Positions 46,950-55,922 of a stretch of 64,000 nt of DNA are shown one piece after another (the stretch's first letter is position 1; each line of letters opens with the position of its first letter). The stretch spans positions 4,960,001-5,024,000 of the forward strand of contig OZ250150.1 of assembly GCA_965237675.1 (NCBI GenBank), written 5' to 3'. Source of the stretch: Candidatus Latescibacterota bacterium. GTDB lineage: Bacteria; Latescibacterota; UBA2968; GCA-2709665. The notes beneath the pieces were generated by a model. The model did not search any database. It was not told where the DNA came from and saw only the letters and a list, made by a program, of their open reading frames with translations. Both the position numbers and the translations under genes were made by a program.

Positions 46950-48752
46950 TCAGGCCAGCGCCCAGACCAGCATGGTGGTGTCGGCGGATCCGGACACCAT
47001 CCACCGCCCGTCGGGGTTTGCCGCCAGCGCGTGGACGGCCCCCTCGTGCCCTGTGAATTCGGCCACGGGGCTGGCGGATTCCCGGTTCCAGACAACCACT
47101 CTCCCGTCCTGCCCGGCCGAACACACCGACGCCCCGTCGGACAGACACAAGACATCTTCCACGCCACTTCCGTGGGCGTATGAGCGCAATTCCCGGCCTT
47201 CCCGCAGATCCCACTCAACCACCCATCCGTCCCGGCCCGCGGAGATCACGTGGCCATCCCGCGCGTAGGCCACGGCCTGGACCCAGCCCCGGTGTGCGGC
47301 CGCCGTCGCATTCAACTGTCCCGACGCCAGGTGCCACGCACGCACCGTGCCGTCCCTTCCACCACTCACAACGTTCCGGCCGTCCGGCGAGACAGCCAGC
47401 GCCAAAACGCCGCCCAGATGCCCTTCCATTGTCCGTAACGCCCTTCCCGTGCCGGGTTCCCACATACGGACCGATCCATCGTCGGCAGCACTCACGACGT
47501 CGCCGGCACCCGTGAAGGCCACTGCCCGAACATATCCGCGGTGCGCGTCGAATGCCCGTACGCACGTTCCCGTTGCACTCTCAAGAACACGAACGCCGCC
47601 ATCCTTACAACCCGCCGCAACCCGGGCGCCGTCGGGTGATACCGCCAGCGCGTGAACCTCACCACCCGGACACTCGACGGTTCGCGTTGTCGTCCATCCC
47701 TCCGTCTCCCACCATCGGATGGTCTTATCCGTGGATCCGGAAATTACCGCGGATCCGTCAGGTGTAACCACAACGGCCTGCACCCCGGCCATGTGCCGTT
47801 CCCACTGCAAACGCGGCCGCCCCGTCGCCATGCTCGTTTCCGCCAGCAGCGCATCGCTCCCGTGGGAAAGCACCCAGGCTCCATCGGGAGAAACGCGGAT
47901 GCGGTTCACATGGCTCTGATGGGGGTACCACCGCCGCACGACCGTCGCCGATTCGCGATCCCATAGCCGGATCGACCCGTCCCGCGACCCCGTAAATACG
48001 TGCCGGTTGTCACGGGCGTAGGCCACGGAAGGGACCGCGTGGCCCAGGTGCCCCGTAAAGGTCTCCAGGCATTCGTAATCGCGCAGGCGCCACTCGTTCG
48101 ACTTGTGGCGTGTGCCCACCAGCAGCCGCTCGTTGTCTGCGGACAGGCACATATCGTAGCAGACGTAATCCTCAACGAAGACCTTCAGCCGCGCGCCGGT
48201 CGTCAGGTCGTAGTGGTAGACATTGTGCCCGGGCTGGTGGCCTATCAGAACCGTCCGGCCCGACGGTCCGTACAGGCAGAGATTGAAGTGCTCGCCCGCA
48301 TCCGAAATCGCGATTCGTCGCCTGCCCGTTTCCCGATCCCACTCCTCCACCGTGGACGTCCCGCTGTCCAGCGTCAGCACCCGGTTCTCATCGGGCGAAT
48401 ATCGCACCGAGACGAGCGACGCCCGGCCCGTGTCGAAGCGACCGACTTCGCCCGGTTTCTCTATCAGGCTCCATTCTCTAAGCACCCCCGCCGCATCGGC
48501 AAACAGCGCCTTTGTCACACCGCGGTTCCAGGCCGCGGCACTGAGTCGATGCTCCGACACACGGCGTTTTGCAATGCGCCTGCCCCGTACCAGATCCCAG
48601 ACACACAGGTCTTTCCCCGAAAGTACAAACGCACGCACGCCGTCGGCGGAATAGACCATGTCGGTGACCGACCCCCGCATCCGACGGGTTCCCAGGCGCT
48701 GAACCGCACCATGGGGTAGTGGATCGCCGAGATGGTCCTTGCGTCCGGTCAT
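46950..48752 (-). CDS. Cytoplasmic WD40 repeat protein
   Basis: DHLGDPLPHGAVQRLG lead-in and about 14 WD40 repeats. ATGA overlap with the upstream gene. Confidence 0.88.
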   Translation of the reverse strand: MTGRKDHLGDPLPHGAVQRLGTRRMRGSVTDMVYSADGVRAFVLSGKDLCVWDLVRGRRIAKRRVSEHRLSAAAWNRGVTKALFADAAGVLREWSLIEKPGEVGRFDTGRASLVSVRYSPDENRVLTLDSGTSTVEEWDRETGRRRIAISDAGEHFNLCLYGPSGRTVLIGHQPGHNVYHYDLTTGARLKVFVEDYVCYDMCLSADNERLLVGTRHKSNEWRLRDYECLETFTGHLGHAVPSVAYARDNRHVFTGSRDGSIRLWDRESATVVRRWYPHQSHVNRIRVSPDGAWVLSHGSDALLAETSMATGRPRLQWERHMAGVQAVVVTPDGSAVISGSTDKTIRWWETEGWTTTRTVECPGGEVHALAVSPDGARVAAGCKDGGVRVLESATGTCVRAFDAHRGYVRAVAFTGAGDVVSAADDGSVRMWEPGTGRALRTMEGHLGGVLALAVSPDGRNVVSGGRDGTVRAWHLASGQLNATAAAHRGWVQAVAYARDGHVISAGRDGWVVEWDLREGRELRSYAHGSGVEDVLCLSDGASVCSAGQDGRVVVWNRESASPVAEFTGHEGAVHALAANPDGRWMVSGSADTTMLVWALA

Positions 48753-49783
48753 GGCCGCACCTCCTGATCCGCGACCAGCAGGCCCTCGGGCCCGAGGAGG
48801 TTTCGGTACGCACGCGTATTTCCCCCGGCTCGCACCACGTTGTCGGGCAGCGCGCTCAGACACCGGTTGTGGTGAATGCGCGCATCCTGAGTGGGCACGC
48901 CACGGATCACCACGCTTCGTACGTCCTGCGCTTTGAACGTATTGTGGTGAATATCGATCCAGTCGCCTGAGATATCGGTTGCATCTCCCCGATCCTGCCC
49001 GCCATGCATGTCGAAGAGGTGGCCGTTGGCGTGTTCCAGGCAGATATTAAAACGGGCTTCGTATGCCGAACCGGGCGATCCAGTGGATGCAATATGGTGC
49101 CGGCACCAGTCAAACAGATTCGCCTCGATCAGCACGGTGGCGCCGTTGATGCTGACACCATATCCCAGGCCGCCCTTCTGATTGTGGTGGATGAAGTTGT
49201 GGTGCACGTAACCCCTGCTCGCACCCTCGTCAAACCGGGTCGCCGCCACGCTGAATCCGCTGATTTCGCAGTTGTCGATCTCCAGCGCGAAATGGGACGT
49301 GATGATGCCGTAGGAGGTATGCGCCGCTCGATCCCGGTGTGGGTAGGGCCCCCGAAATCGCAAGCCCGTTACCCGGACGCCGTCCCCCGCCGTCTTGAAA
49401 AGAAACGGCGTTTCCAGCACATTGGAAAAAACCAGACCACCCGCCGAACCGTCGGCGCCACGCTCTCCGGCCAGCGTAACCATTTCCGGAATCGATAGAC
49501 CCGGCCGGCCGCCCATATCGATCTCGGCATCACCCGGGACGAATACGACGTCGCCCGCCTCGGCTTCTTCCAGCGCCCGCGCCAGTTCCCCGTAATCGCG
49601 GACGGAGCGGTCGCCGCCCGTAAACCCGTCCGTGCAGCCTTCGCCTCCGCCGATCGGATTCCCCGTGGGATTATGTTCGGCGCCAAATGTCTCCGCCCCA
49701 TCCTCCAGCTCCGCCTCACGCGCCCACCTGGGCGTGCGCTCAGTGAGGATCCCGCCGCCCGACCTCCGTACGATCGAAACCAA
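48749..49783 (-). CDS. Right-handed beta-helix protein
   Basis: NPIGGG, DNCEISGF, HHNFIHHN and HHNTF repeats. Start codon uncertain. Confidence 0.75.
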   Translation of the reverse strand: MVSIVRRSGGGILTERTPRWAREAELEDGAETFGAEHNPTGNPIGGGEGCTDGFTGGDRSVRDYGELARALEEAEAGDVVFVPGDAEIDMGGRPGLSIPEMVTLAGERGADGSAGGLVFSNVLETPFLFKTAGDGVRVTGLRFRGPYPHRDRAAHTSYGIITSHFALEIDNCEISGFSVAATRFDEGASRGYVHHNFIHHNQKGGLGYGVSINGATVLIEANLFDWCRHHIASTGSPGSAYEARFNICLEHANGHLFDMHGGQDRGDATDISGDWIDIHHNTFKAQDVRSVVIRGVPTQDARIHHNRCLSALPDNVVRAGGNTRAYRNLLGPEGLLVADQEVRP

Positions 49784-49817
49784 AAAGCACCTCCGGTTTT
49801 CAACCCACGCTAACCAT

Positions 49818-50999
49818 CTATTCTACGACACCACAGTAGTTCATCGCCATGAGCGCATAGACTTTCGCGGCCGTCTCGATACGCTCCACCGACACCCACT
49901 CGTTGTCCGAATGGGCCGTTTCATTCGACGGCCCGTAATAAAAGGTAGGCACCCCCGTCTCGTTCATATAGATGTTGGCATCGCCGACCAGCCGTCTTCC
50001 GACATAGTTGACGTCCTCGCCAACCACTTCCCGGTGGGCGTCGGCGGTTGCCCGCACCGCCGGATCGTCCCGCGGCGTCTCGAACGGCTCCCGCTGGAGC
50101 GCCATATCGACCGAGAGTTCCAATCCCCCGGCCCTGGCGAAAGGCTCGGCCAGCGATTTCAGTTCAATCAGTACAGACGACGTCGTCCTGCCAGGCAACC
50201 ACCGCCGCGTCCCCGTAAGCACGCACCGGCCCGGCGTCCGGTTGAAGTAATCGCCGGCGTGTACAATACCCAGGTCGATCCGTTCCGTGCCGGCGAGCGG
50301 GTGCACGCCTCCCGCGTCCAGTTCCCGCTGACGTTCGGTTATTCTCCTGATGAGGTCACCGACATGACAGATGGGGTTCTCCCGGAACGGCACGTAGTTG
50401 GTGTGGGTGCCGCCCCGTTTGGAGGTTAACGTGATCGTAAACACCATCGACCCCATACTCATCACCCAGAGTTCGTCTCCACCCTCCACGATGAGAATGC
50501 GGTCGCATTTGATCCTTCCGCTATTTACATCCGCCACGAGCGCCAGAGGGCCGTCTTTCTCAGCTTCCGGTTCTTCGTGGCCGACCACGCCGCTGACCAG
50601 CAAATCGCCTTTCAGACGCACACCTGCCTCCCGCAACGCCTTTGCCGCGCCCAGCATGGCAGCTACGCCACCCTTCATATCCGTTGAACCCCGCCCATAG
50701 ATGCGGTCGCCCTCCCGCCGCACCGGGGTGCAGTCGCCGATGGGAATCGTATCCAGGTGTCCATTCAGCAGCAGCGCCGGTCCATCGTTTACGCCCCGGA
50801 TCCCGGCGTAAAGATTCCGCCGTCCCGGCGTCACCTCGCGTGCGTCCACGGCGAGCCCCAAATCGGCCAACTGCGCCTCGAAACAGGCGCAGACTTCCGC
50901 TTCCTCACCCGTCACGCTGGGAATTTCGACCAGTTTGAGGGCCTGCTCGGCCATCCACTGCCCGTCAATTGCATTCAGAACCGCCTCTCTGGCGCCCAT
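49818..50999 (-). CDS. M20 (ArgE/DapE-like) amidohydrolase
   Basis: NGHLDT, GRGSTDMKGG, GHEE and AHSDNE motifs. Confidence 0.9.
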   Translation of the reverse strand: MGAREAVLNAIDGQWMAEQALKLVEIPSVTGEEAEVCACFEAQLADLGLAVDAREVTPGRRNLYAGIRGVNDGPALLLNGHLDTIPIGDCTPVRREGDRIYGRGSTDMKGGVAAMLGAAKALREAGVRLKGDLLVSGVVGHEEPEAEKDGPLALVADVNSGRIKCDRILIVEGGDELWVMSMGSMVFTITLTSKRGGTHTNYVPFRENPICHVGDLIRRITERQRELDAGGVHPLAGTERIDLGIVHAGDYFNRTPGRCVLTGTRRWLPGRTTSSVLIELKSLAEPFARAGGLELSVDMALQREPFETPRDDPAVRATADAHREVVGEDVNYVGRRLVGDANIYMNETGVPTFYYGPSNETAHSDNEWVSVERIETAAKVYALMAMNYCGVVE

Positions 51000-51000
51000 C

Positions 51001-51732
51001 TCAGACCTCACCGCAGGCACGGACAAATGCGTCCGATGTGGATGTATAGCCGACATTCGCTTCAATGAATCGAATCCCGAAAAAATTCGACCAACCTTCC
51101 GCCTCGGTTTCCGGGTATTCCGTGGTACTGCAGCAATCCCGCAGCACGATAACGCGGTAATTCCGGTACATCGCCTCGGTCACCGTCGTCCCCAGGCAAA
51201 TCCGCGTGTCGAACCCGACCGTTACCAGGTTGTAAATCCCCAGGCTGCGCAGCAGCGAGTCCAGGTGCGTCTCAAAAAAAGCGCTGTACATCTGTTTCTT
51301 TACCAGGTAATCGTCGGCTTCCGGAGCGATCACGTCGGAAAACGCAAGGATATCGTTCGGATCCGGCCACGTCTCCAGTACGTCAACGCCGCAGGTTCGG
51401 ATCGACATATTGCGCCACTCGGTCCGTTCATTGGTTGACGGCGCCAGATAATTCGTTACGTATACGACGGGAAGCCCGAGGCGTTTTGCCGCGTCTTTGG
51501 CCGGACGGATACGATGTACCACAATCTCCCGGTTTTTTTCCACGGCAGCGCGATACAACTCCGGAACATCCCCCGGGTCGTGGTCGGGGTCAAACCCTTT
51601 TCCGTAGACATCCACCAGAAGGAATGCCGTATTGTCCATGTTCAATACAAGCGCTTCCTCCGCGTGGCCCAGGTGCCGGGCGGGCGGGTGTTGCCGGTAA
51701 TACCTGCCTCTCAAACGTATCTTTTTCGACAT
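51001..51732 (-). CDS. Isochorismatase / cysteine hydrolase family protein
   Basis: LLVD, KKQMYSAF and GFDTRIC catalytic D-K-C residues. Confidence 0.88.
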   Translation of the reverse strand: MSKKIRLRGRYYRQHPPARHLGHAEEALVLNMDNTAFLLVDVYGKGFDPDHDPGDVPELYRAAVEKNREIVVHRIRPAKDAAKRLGLPVVYVTNYLAPSTNERTEWRNMSIRTCGVDVLETWPDPNDILAFSDVIAPEADDYLVKKQMYSAFFETHLDSLLRSLGIYNLVTVGFDTRICLGTTVTEAMYRNYRVIVLRDCCSTTEYPETEAEGWSNFFGIRFIEANVGYTSTSDAFVRACGEV

Positions 51733-51747
51733 CGACGCCTCCAGCGT

Positions 51748-52731
51748 TCAGCGTGTGCTCACCGTCACCGGCGTCTCTCGCGCCAGCGACCTGTAGGCGG
51801 CCTCGGAAAGCCGGGCAACCTGCAGGGCGAAATCGGGGGGCTCATATCCCGTTCCGCCATTCCGGATCCAATCGAAAAACGCCGCATCCGGAGATGTCTC
51901 AACAATCCGTTCGGGAATTTCCATTGGCCTGTCGTTCACCAGTACCGCCTTTACCTGCCACTTGTAGAGATGAAACACAATACATCCTTCGCCGCCGTGA
52001 ATGGCGATGCGCTCATCGTGCTCCCTGGCATTGCCGAACGTGCTGATCGTACCCACAGCCCCGCCTTCAAACCGGACATTCAGCACGGCGTTGATATCCA
52101 CGTCCATGCGACCGTAATCCATAAACGCAGAGACTTCCACCGGCGCCAGCCCGGTGATCCACAACGTGGATGCGACCAGGTGGCTGCCGGTATCCATAAA
52201 CATACCGCCGCCGGAAAGCTCGGGATCCAGGCGCCAGCCCTTCACTCCTCCCCAATTCTGCGTCACGTAGGACACCACACCGCGCAACTCTCCGATATAC
52301 CCTTCCCGCACCAGTTCCCTGGCGTACACGTGCGGCGCGAAGTAATTCCGCTGGTAGCTCACCTGCAAAAACCGCTTCTTCTGCGCCGCCAGGTCGATCA
52401 ACGCCCGGGTATGCCCTGGAGACACCGTCAGCGGCTTCTCCACCAGCACGTGCAGTCCCGCTTCGAGCCCGAGCTGCGCCTGCTCGTAGTGCATCGAATG
52501 CGGTGAACTGATAAAGATCGCGTCGAGCGCCTCCTGTTGAATCATGCGGCGACAATCCTCGTAATAGGCGACCTCTCCGCCGTATCGATCCATCAACAAA
52601 CGGGCCTGCTCCTTCACCGTATCAGCCACGCAAACCAGCTTCACGTCCTCCTCTGCCTGAATCCGCGGCACGTGCGCGCCGCGCATATTGCCGCCGCAAC
52701 CGATCAGACCCAGACGAATCTCTGCAGCCAT
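51748..52731 (-). CDS. Gfo/Idh/MocA family oxidoreductase
   Basis: GLIGCG, EKP and GGG.FMDTGSH motifs. Confidence 0.92.
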   Translation of the reverse strand: MAAEIRLGLIGCGGNMRGAHVPRIQAEEDVKLVCVADTVKEQARLLMDRYGGEVAYYEDCRRMIQQEALDAIFISSPHSMHYEQAQLGLEAGLHVLVEKPLTVSPGHTRALIDLAAQKKRFLQVSYQRNYFAPHVYARELVREGYIGELRGVVSYVTQNWGGVKGWRLDPELSGGGMFMDTGSHLVASTLWITGLAPVEVSAFMDYGRMDVDINAVLNVRFEGGAVGTISTFGNAREHDERIAIHGGEGCIVFHLYKWQVKAVLVNDRPMEIPERIVETSPDAAFFDWIRNGGTGYEPPDFALQVARLSEAAYRSLARETPVTVSTR

Positions 52732-52750
52732 TCCTCCCTCCTTGGTGTCG

Positions 52751-53593
52751 TCATTTTTCGCTGCCGGACACGCCTAAACACGATCTGACGTACTCCAGGT
52801 TCCTCAGACTGTTTGCCGCCAACCCGGTGAACGCCGGGTCGGCCACCTCGAACGCATCCGGACTGATGTCCAGATGTGTCTCTACCACCACGAAGCCCCT
52901 GTACCCGTCGGCACAAAGGGCGTCCAACTGCCCCGGCCAGTCCACGAGCCCTTCCTCCGCCAACGACCAGGCGCCAGTGTGCGGATCGAAATTCTTCACG
53001 TGCACGTGGGTTACCAGATCTTTCAGATCCTCGTATTCCCCCGGAAAGGGGGATGGCGTACCCGCCCGGGCGGAATTGCCGGGATCCCAGCAAAGCGATA
53101 TACGGTCCACACCCACCTGGCGGACAAGCAGAGCCGCCTCGGCGCCGGTTGCCCCCCAGCAAACCGCCTCGTTTTCCAGCGCCAGACGACACCCCTCCCG
53201 CGCCGCAACGTCCGCCATCTGTCCGAGCCGGTCCACAACCGCTGCCGGAGGATGTGGCGCTTCCGTCCGCTGAAAGGCGAAACAGGACACCCGATCGGTA
53301 CCCAATTTTCGCGCCCATGCGCACGCCCGCGGAAGCGACTGCCGCAGGCGTTCGTCGACCCGGGGATCATCCAGCGGTCCCTTGAAAAAGCCCGGAGAAA
53401 CCCCTGAGATCTCCATACCGGCATCGCGGACCCGCGCATGAAAGTCGGCCAGCTCATTGTCGCTTACCGCTGGAAACCGGCCACCCGCAAGCTGGCGCAC
53501 CTCCACGTGCGACACGCCCCATTCCGCGGCAAGGGATATCGCGCGAGCCGGATTGTACCGGTCGATTTCATCCGCAAAAACCGAAATTTTCAC
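52751..53593 (-). CDS. Sugar phosphate isomerase/epimerase (xylose-isomerase-like TIM barrel)
   Basis: FADEI, LENE, WDPGN, HVHVKN and VETH motifs. Confidence 0.88.
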   Translation of the reverse strand: MKISVFADEIDRYNPARAISLAAEWGVSHVEVRQLAGGRFPAVSDNELADFHARVRDAGMEISGVSPGFFKGPLDDPRVDERLRQSLPRACAWARKLGTDRVSCFAFQRTEAPHPPAAVVDRLGQMADVAAREGCRLALENEAVCWGATGAEAALLVRQVGVDRISLCWDPGNSARAGTPSPFPGEYEDLKDLVTHVHVKNFDPHTGAWSLAEEGLVDWPGQLDALCADGYRGFVVVETHLDISPDAFEVADPAFTGLAANSLRNLEYVRSCLGVSGSEK

Positions 53594-53615
53594 GTTCCGC
53601 TCCTTTCTAACTTAA

Positions 53616-53774
53616 CAGCCCGTTGAAAAAGTCCATCCGGGCTGCATCCGGCCCTTGTGGCCGAATTACTGCGTTGCACTCCCTCTCCGAATCCCCGATT
53701 CGACGCGGTCGCGCGCCTTGTCTTCGGCCACAATGACTCGGCCTCGCCTGCAGAGCGACTTTTTCAACGGACTG
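53616..53774. mobile_element. MITE (IS5-family-like ends), 159 bp, TTAA target duplication
   Basis: Terminal inverted repeats CAGCCCGTTGAAAAAGTC / GACTTTTTCAACGGACTG (1 mismatch). TTAA at 53612-53615 and 53775-53778. Internal TGTGGCCGAA/TTCGGCCACA stem. Confidence 0.85.
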
Positions 53775-53819
53775 TTAACGCACCGATTCTATCAGATATC
53801 TGTGTTGACTTCCGGAATC

Positions 53820-54602
53820 TTACGATTTCTCGGAACCCAGCCCGGCGATCATCTCCGCGGATGTGATCGAGTACTTGCCGAACATCTCCAGAAACAGAAT
53901 CGCGCCGCGGGTCTGCCACAACCCGTCCTGTGTTTCGAACGACTCCATGCCCGTCCCGCAATCCCGCACAACGATGACCTCGTATCCACGTTTGCTCATT
54001 TCGACCGTGCCATAATCACGCAGCAGAATACACGCGTTGGTGTTGAACCCCAGGAAGAACAGAAAAAGAATGCCTTCACGTTTGCAATACCGGTGCAACT
54101 CCTCGCCGTTGTAGATGACACCCTCCCCCTTTTCCACCTGCACCAGCGGATGCAGCCTTCGTCCGGATCGCATTTCGATCAGTTCCGGCTCTCTCGGCTC
54201 CTCCGGTCTTGCATACGCGGCATACGCGCCCTTCTTGGACCTGAACTCGCGCGGCGGCCACGTATCCCCCGTTCCACTCGGCCGCGGCGGGTCGTCGATC
54301 AATCGCACCCACGCCGGATGGTGTTCGGCCAGACCCGGCGCGGGCGCGTGAATCAGCCGCAGTCCGGCCTTGCGGCAGGCCGCAAGCAGCGGAACGATAC
54401 GCGCTTCGACGATCGCGTCTGTCCGCTCGATCGTCTCCTTCAGATAGTGCCCATCCCACACGTCCACCAGCACCAGCGCAGCCCGCGACAGTGGAACGTG
54501 CCAATCCAGATGGGCATAATCCGTGTTCCTTTCCTCCCAGGACACGCCAGGATCCACGTGCCACCGGTAATACCTGGGCCTGATATGCAGTTTCTTATCC
54601 AT
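53820..54602 (-). CDS. Isochorismatase / cysteine hydrolase family protein (divergent)
   Basis: ALVLVDVW, LIHAP, GFNTNAC and VVRDC motifs. Confidence 0.8.
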   Translation of the reverse strand: MDKKLHIRPRYYRWHVDPGVSWEERNTDYAHLDWHVPLSRAALVLVDVWDGHYLKETIERTDAIVEARIVPLLAACRKAGLRLIHAPAPGLAEHHPAWVRLIDDPPRPSGTGDTWPPREFRSKKGAYAAYARPEEPREPELIEMRSGRRLHPLVQVEKGEGVIYNGEELHRYCKREGILFLFFLGFNTNACILLRDYGTVEMSKRGYEVIVVRDCGTGMESFETQDGLWQTRGAILFLEMFGKYSITSAEMIAGLGSEKS

Positions 54603-54682
54603 AATCACTCCCCGGCTTAGAGATTAAGGACGATAGAACCCCTTTGGCAGAATGACGAAGCACCTGGGGCCATCGCAGCCAG

Positions 54683-55486
54683 TTACGAATTCGCAGTCAG
54701 CGTCAACGCGTCTCTTCCGCCCAGACCTGCCACCACCGGAAACGTCATTTCATGAGGCCCTTTTTCGCCCGGCACATACCGTACCGATGGCGGGAAATAG
54801 GCATAAAGCGCGGTGTGGCGCGGGCGCGGAGAAGGATTCGGGCCGGACCCGTGAACCGTCAATGAGTGAAACAATACGGCATCGCCCGCGGCCAGGGGTA
54901 CGTCAACTTTCTCGGACAGATCCACGTCGTCCCGGTCCGCTATCGCCTCATCCTGGCGACGGGCAATATGGCCCCAGGATTGCAACCCCCATTTGTGGCT
55001 TCGGGGCAAAACCTGTATACAACCGTTTTCCGGGCTGGAACCGGTCAAAGCGATGCTCACCGTTACCAGCGCCGGCGGTTGCATTGGCCAGTACGCCGAA
55101 TCCTGGTGCAATCCGTGCGACGACCCGTGGTAGGCCGGCTTCAACATCAGCGTGCTGCGAAACAGAAGCAAATCCGGGCCAAGGAGAGATCCGACGATCC
55201 GAATGAGCCGCGGATGCGCGGCGAGATTCTTGAAAACCGGCGAAAAGCATCGCGTTTGCTCAATCTTGCGCAAGACGGGCAGGCCTCCCCGGGTTGCGGT
55301 TTTCGCGTAGGGCTCGAGTTGAAACCGGCTTGCCGAGGGATCGCCACGCCCTTCCAACTCGACCGCCAGCCGGTGCAACCGCTCGATTTCCGTCTCGCAC
55401 GCCTCCACCTCCTTGGCGGAAAGCAACGCCTTCACCACGAGATAACCATCTTCCTCGAATCGAGCCTTTTGCGCATTCTGGTTCAT
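54683..55486 (-). CDS. Phytanoyl-CoA dioxygenase (PhyH) family Fe/2OG dioxygenase
   Basis: FEEDGY, HQDSAYW, ENGC..PRSH and HGSGPN.S.RPR motifs. Confidence 0.92.
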   Translation of the reverse strand: MNQNAQKARFEEDGYLVVKALLSAKEVEACETEIERLHRLAVELEGRGDPSASRFQLEPYAKTATRGGLPVLRKIEQTRCFSPVFKNLAAHPRLIRIVGSLLGPDLLLFRSTLMLKPAYHGSSHGLHQDSAYWPMQPPALVTVSIALTGSSPENGCIQVLPRSHKWGLQSWGHIARRQDEAIADRDDVDLSEKVDVPLAAGDAVLFHSLTVHGSGPNPSPRPRHTALYAYFPPSVRYVPGEKGPHEMTFPVVAGLGGRDALTLTANS

Positions 55487-55528
55487 CTCTACCTTTCTGA
55501 ATTACAGATGTTGCGCCTTCCAGCAAAA

Positions 55529-55557
55529 CCGTACAAAACTAAGCCGCATCTGTCAAA
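55529..55557 (-). promoter_or_regulatory. Promoter of the phyH cluster
   Basis: Minus strand TTGACA-N17-TACGGT. Confidence 0.4.
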
Positions 55558-55673
55558 TACAAAACCGAGAGGCGGACATAGAATCTGAAATGCGGTAATT
55601 TCATTCATCCCTCCGCTACGAATACGCCAACGAGTTCCCGCGCAATCCCAGTGGCCGATTGAGCGTGACAATA

Positions 55674-55828
55674 GCCACAAAAAGCACAGAAGGCACAGAA
55701 GGGATAGAAGCCAGCCGGCGTGTAAAGAAACGCCTGCAGTCCGTATGGAATATTGGCGATATTCGTAGCTATTCAGCAGTTCACGGAATAGGCGAATTTA
55801 CCTTTTGTGTTTTTGTGCCTTTTGTGGC
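55674..55828. repeat. Inverted nonamer repeat element (GCCACAAAAAGCACAGAAGGCACAGAA ... TTTGTGTTTTTGTGCCTTTTGTGGC)
   Basis: Three 9-bp units on each side, in inverted orientation, around an AT-rich core of about 100 bp. Confidence 0.7.
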
Positions 55829-55844
55829 AATACGAACACCGCTG

Positions 55845-55907
55845 ATGCGACTTCCAGTTGCGATTCGCATGGACGCCGGCACTGGATATGGCGTTACGGT
55901 ACCTGAC
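55845..55907 (+). pseudogene. HicB antitoxin N-terminal remnant
   Basis: MRLPVAIRMDAGTGYGVTVPD matches the HicB start pattern (M.YP.AI.....YGV.VPDLPG), then runs into the convergent gene. Confidence 0.55.
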
Positions 55908-55922
55908 CCGTCGCAGGAGCCC

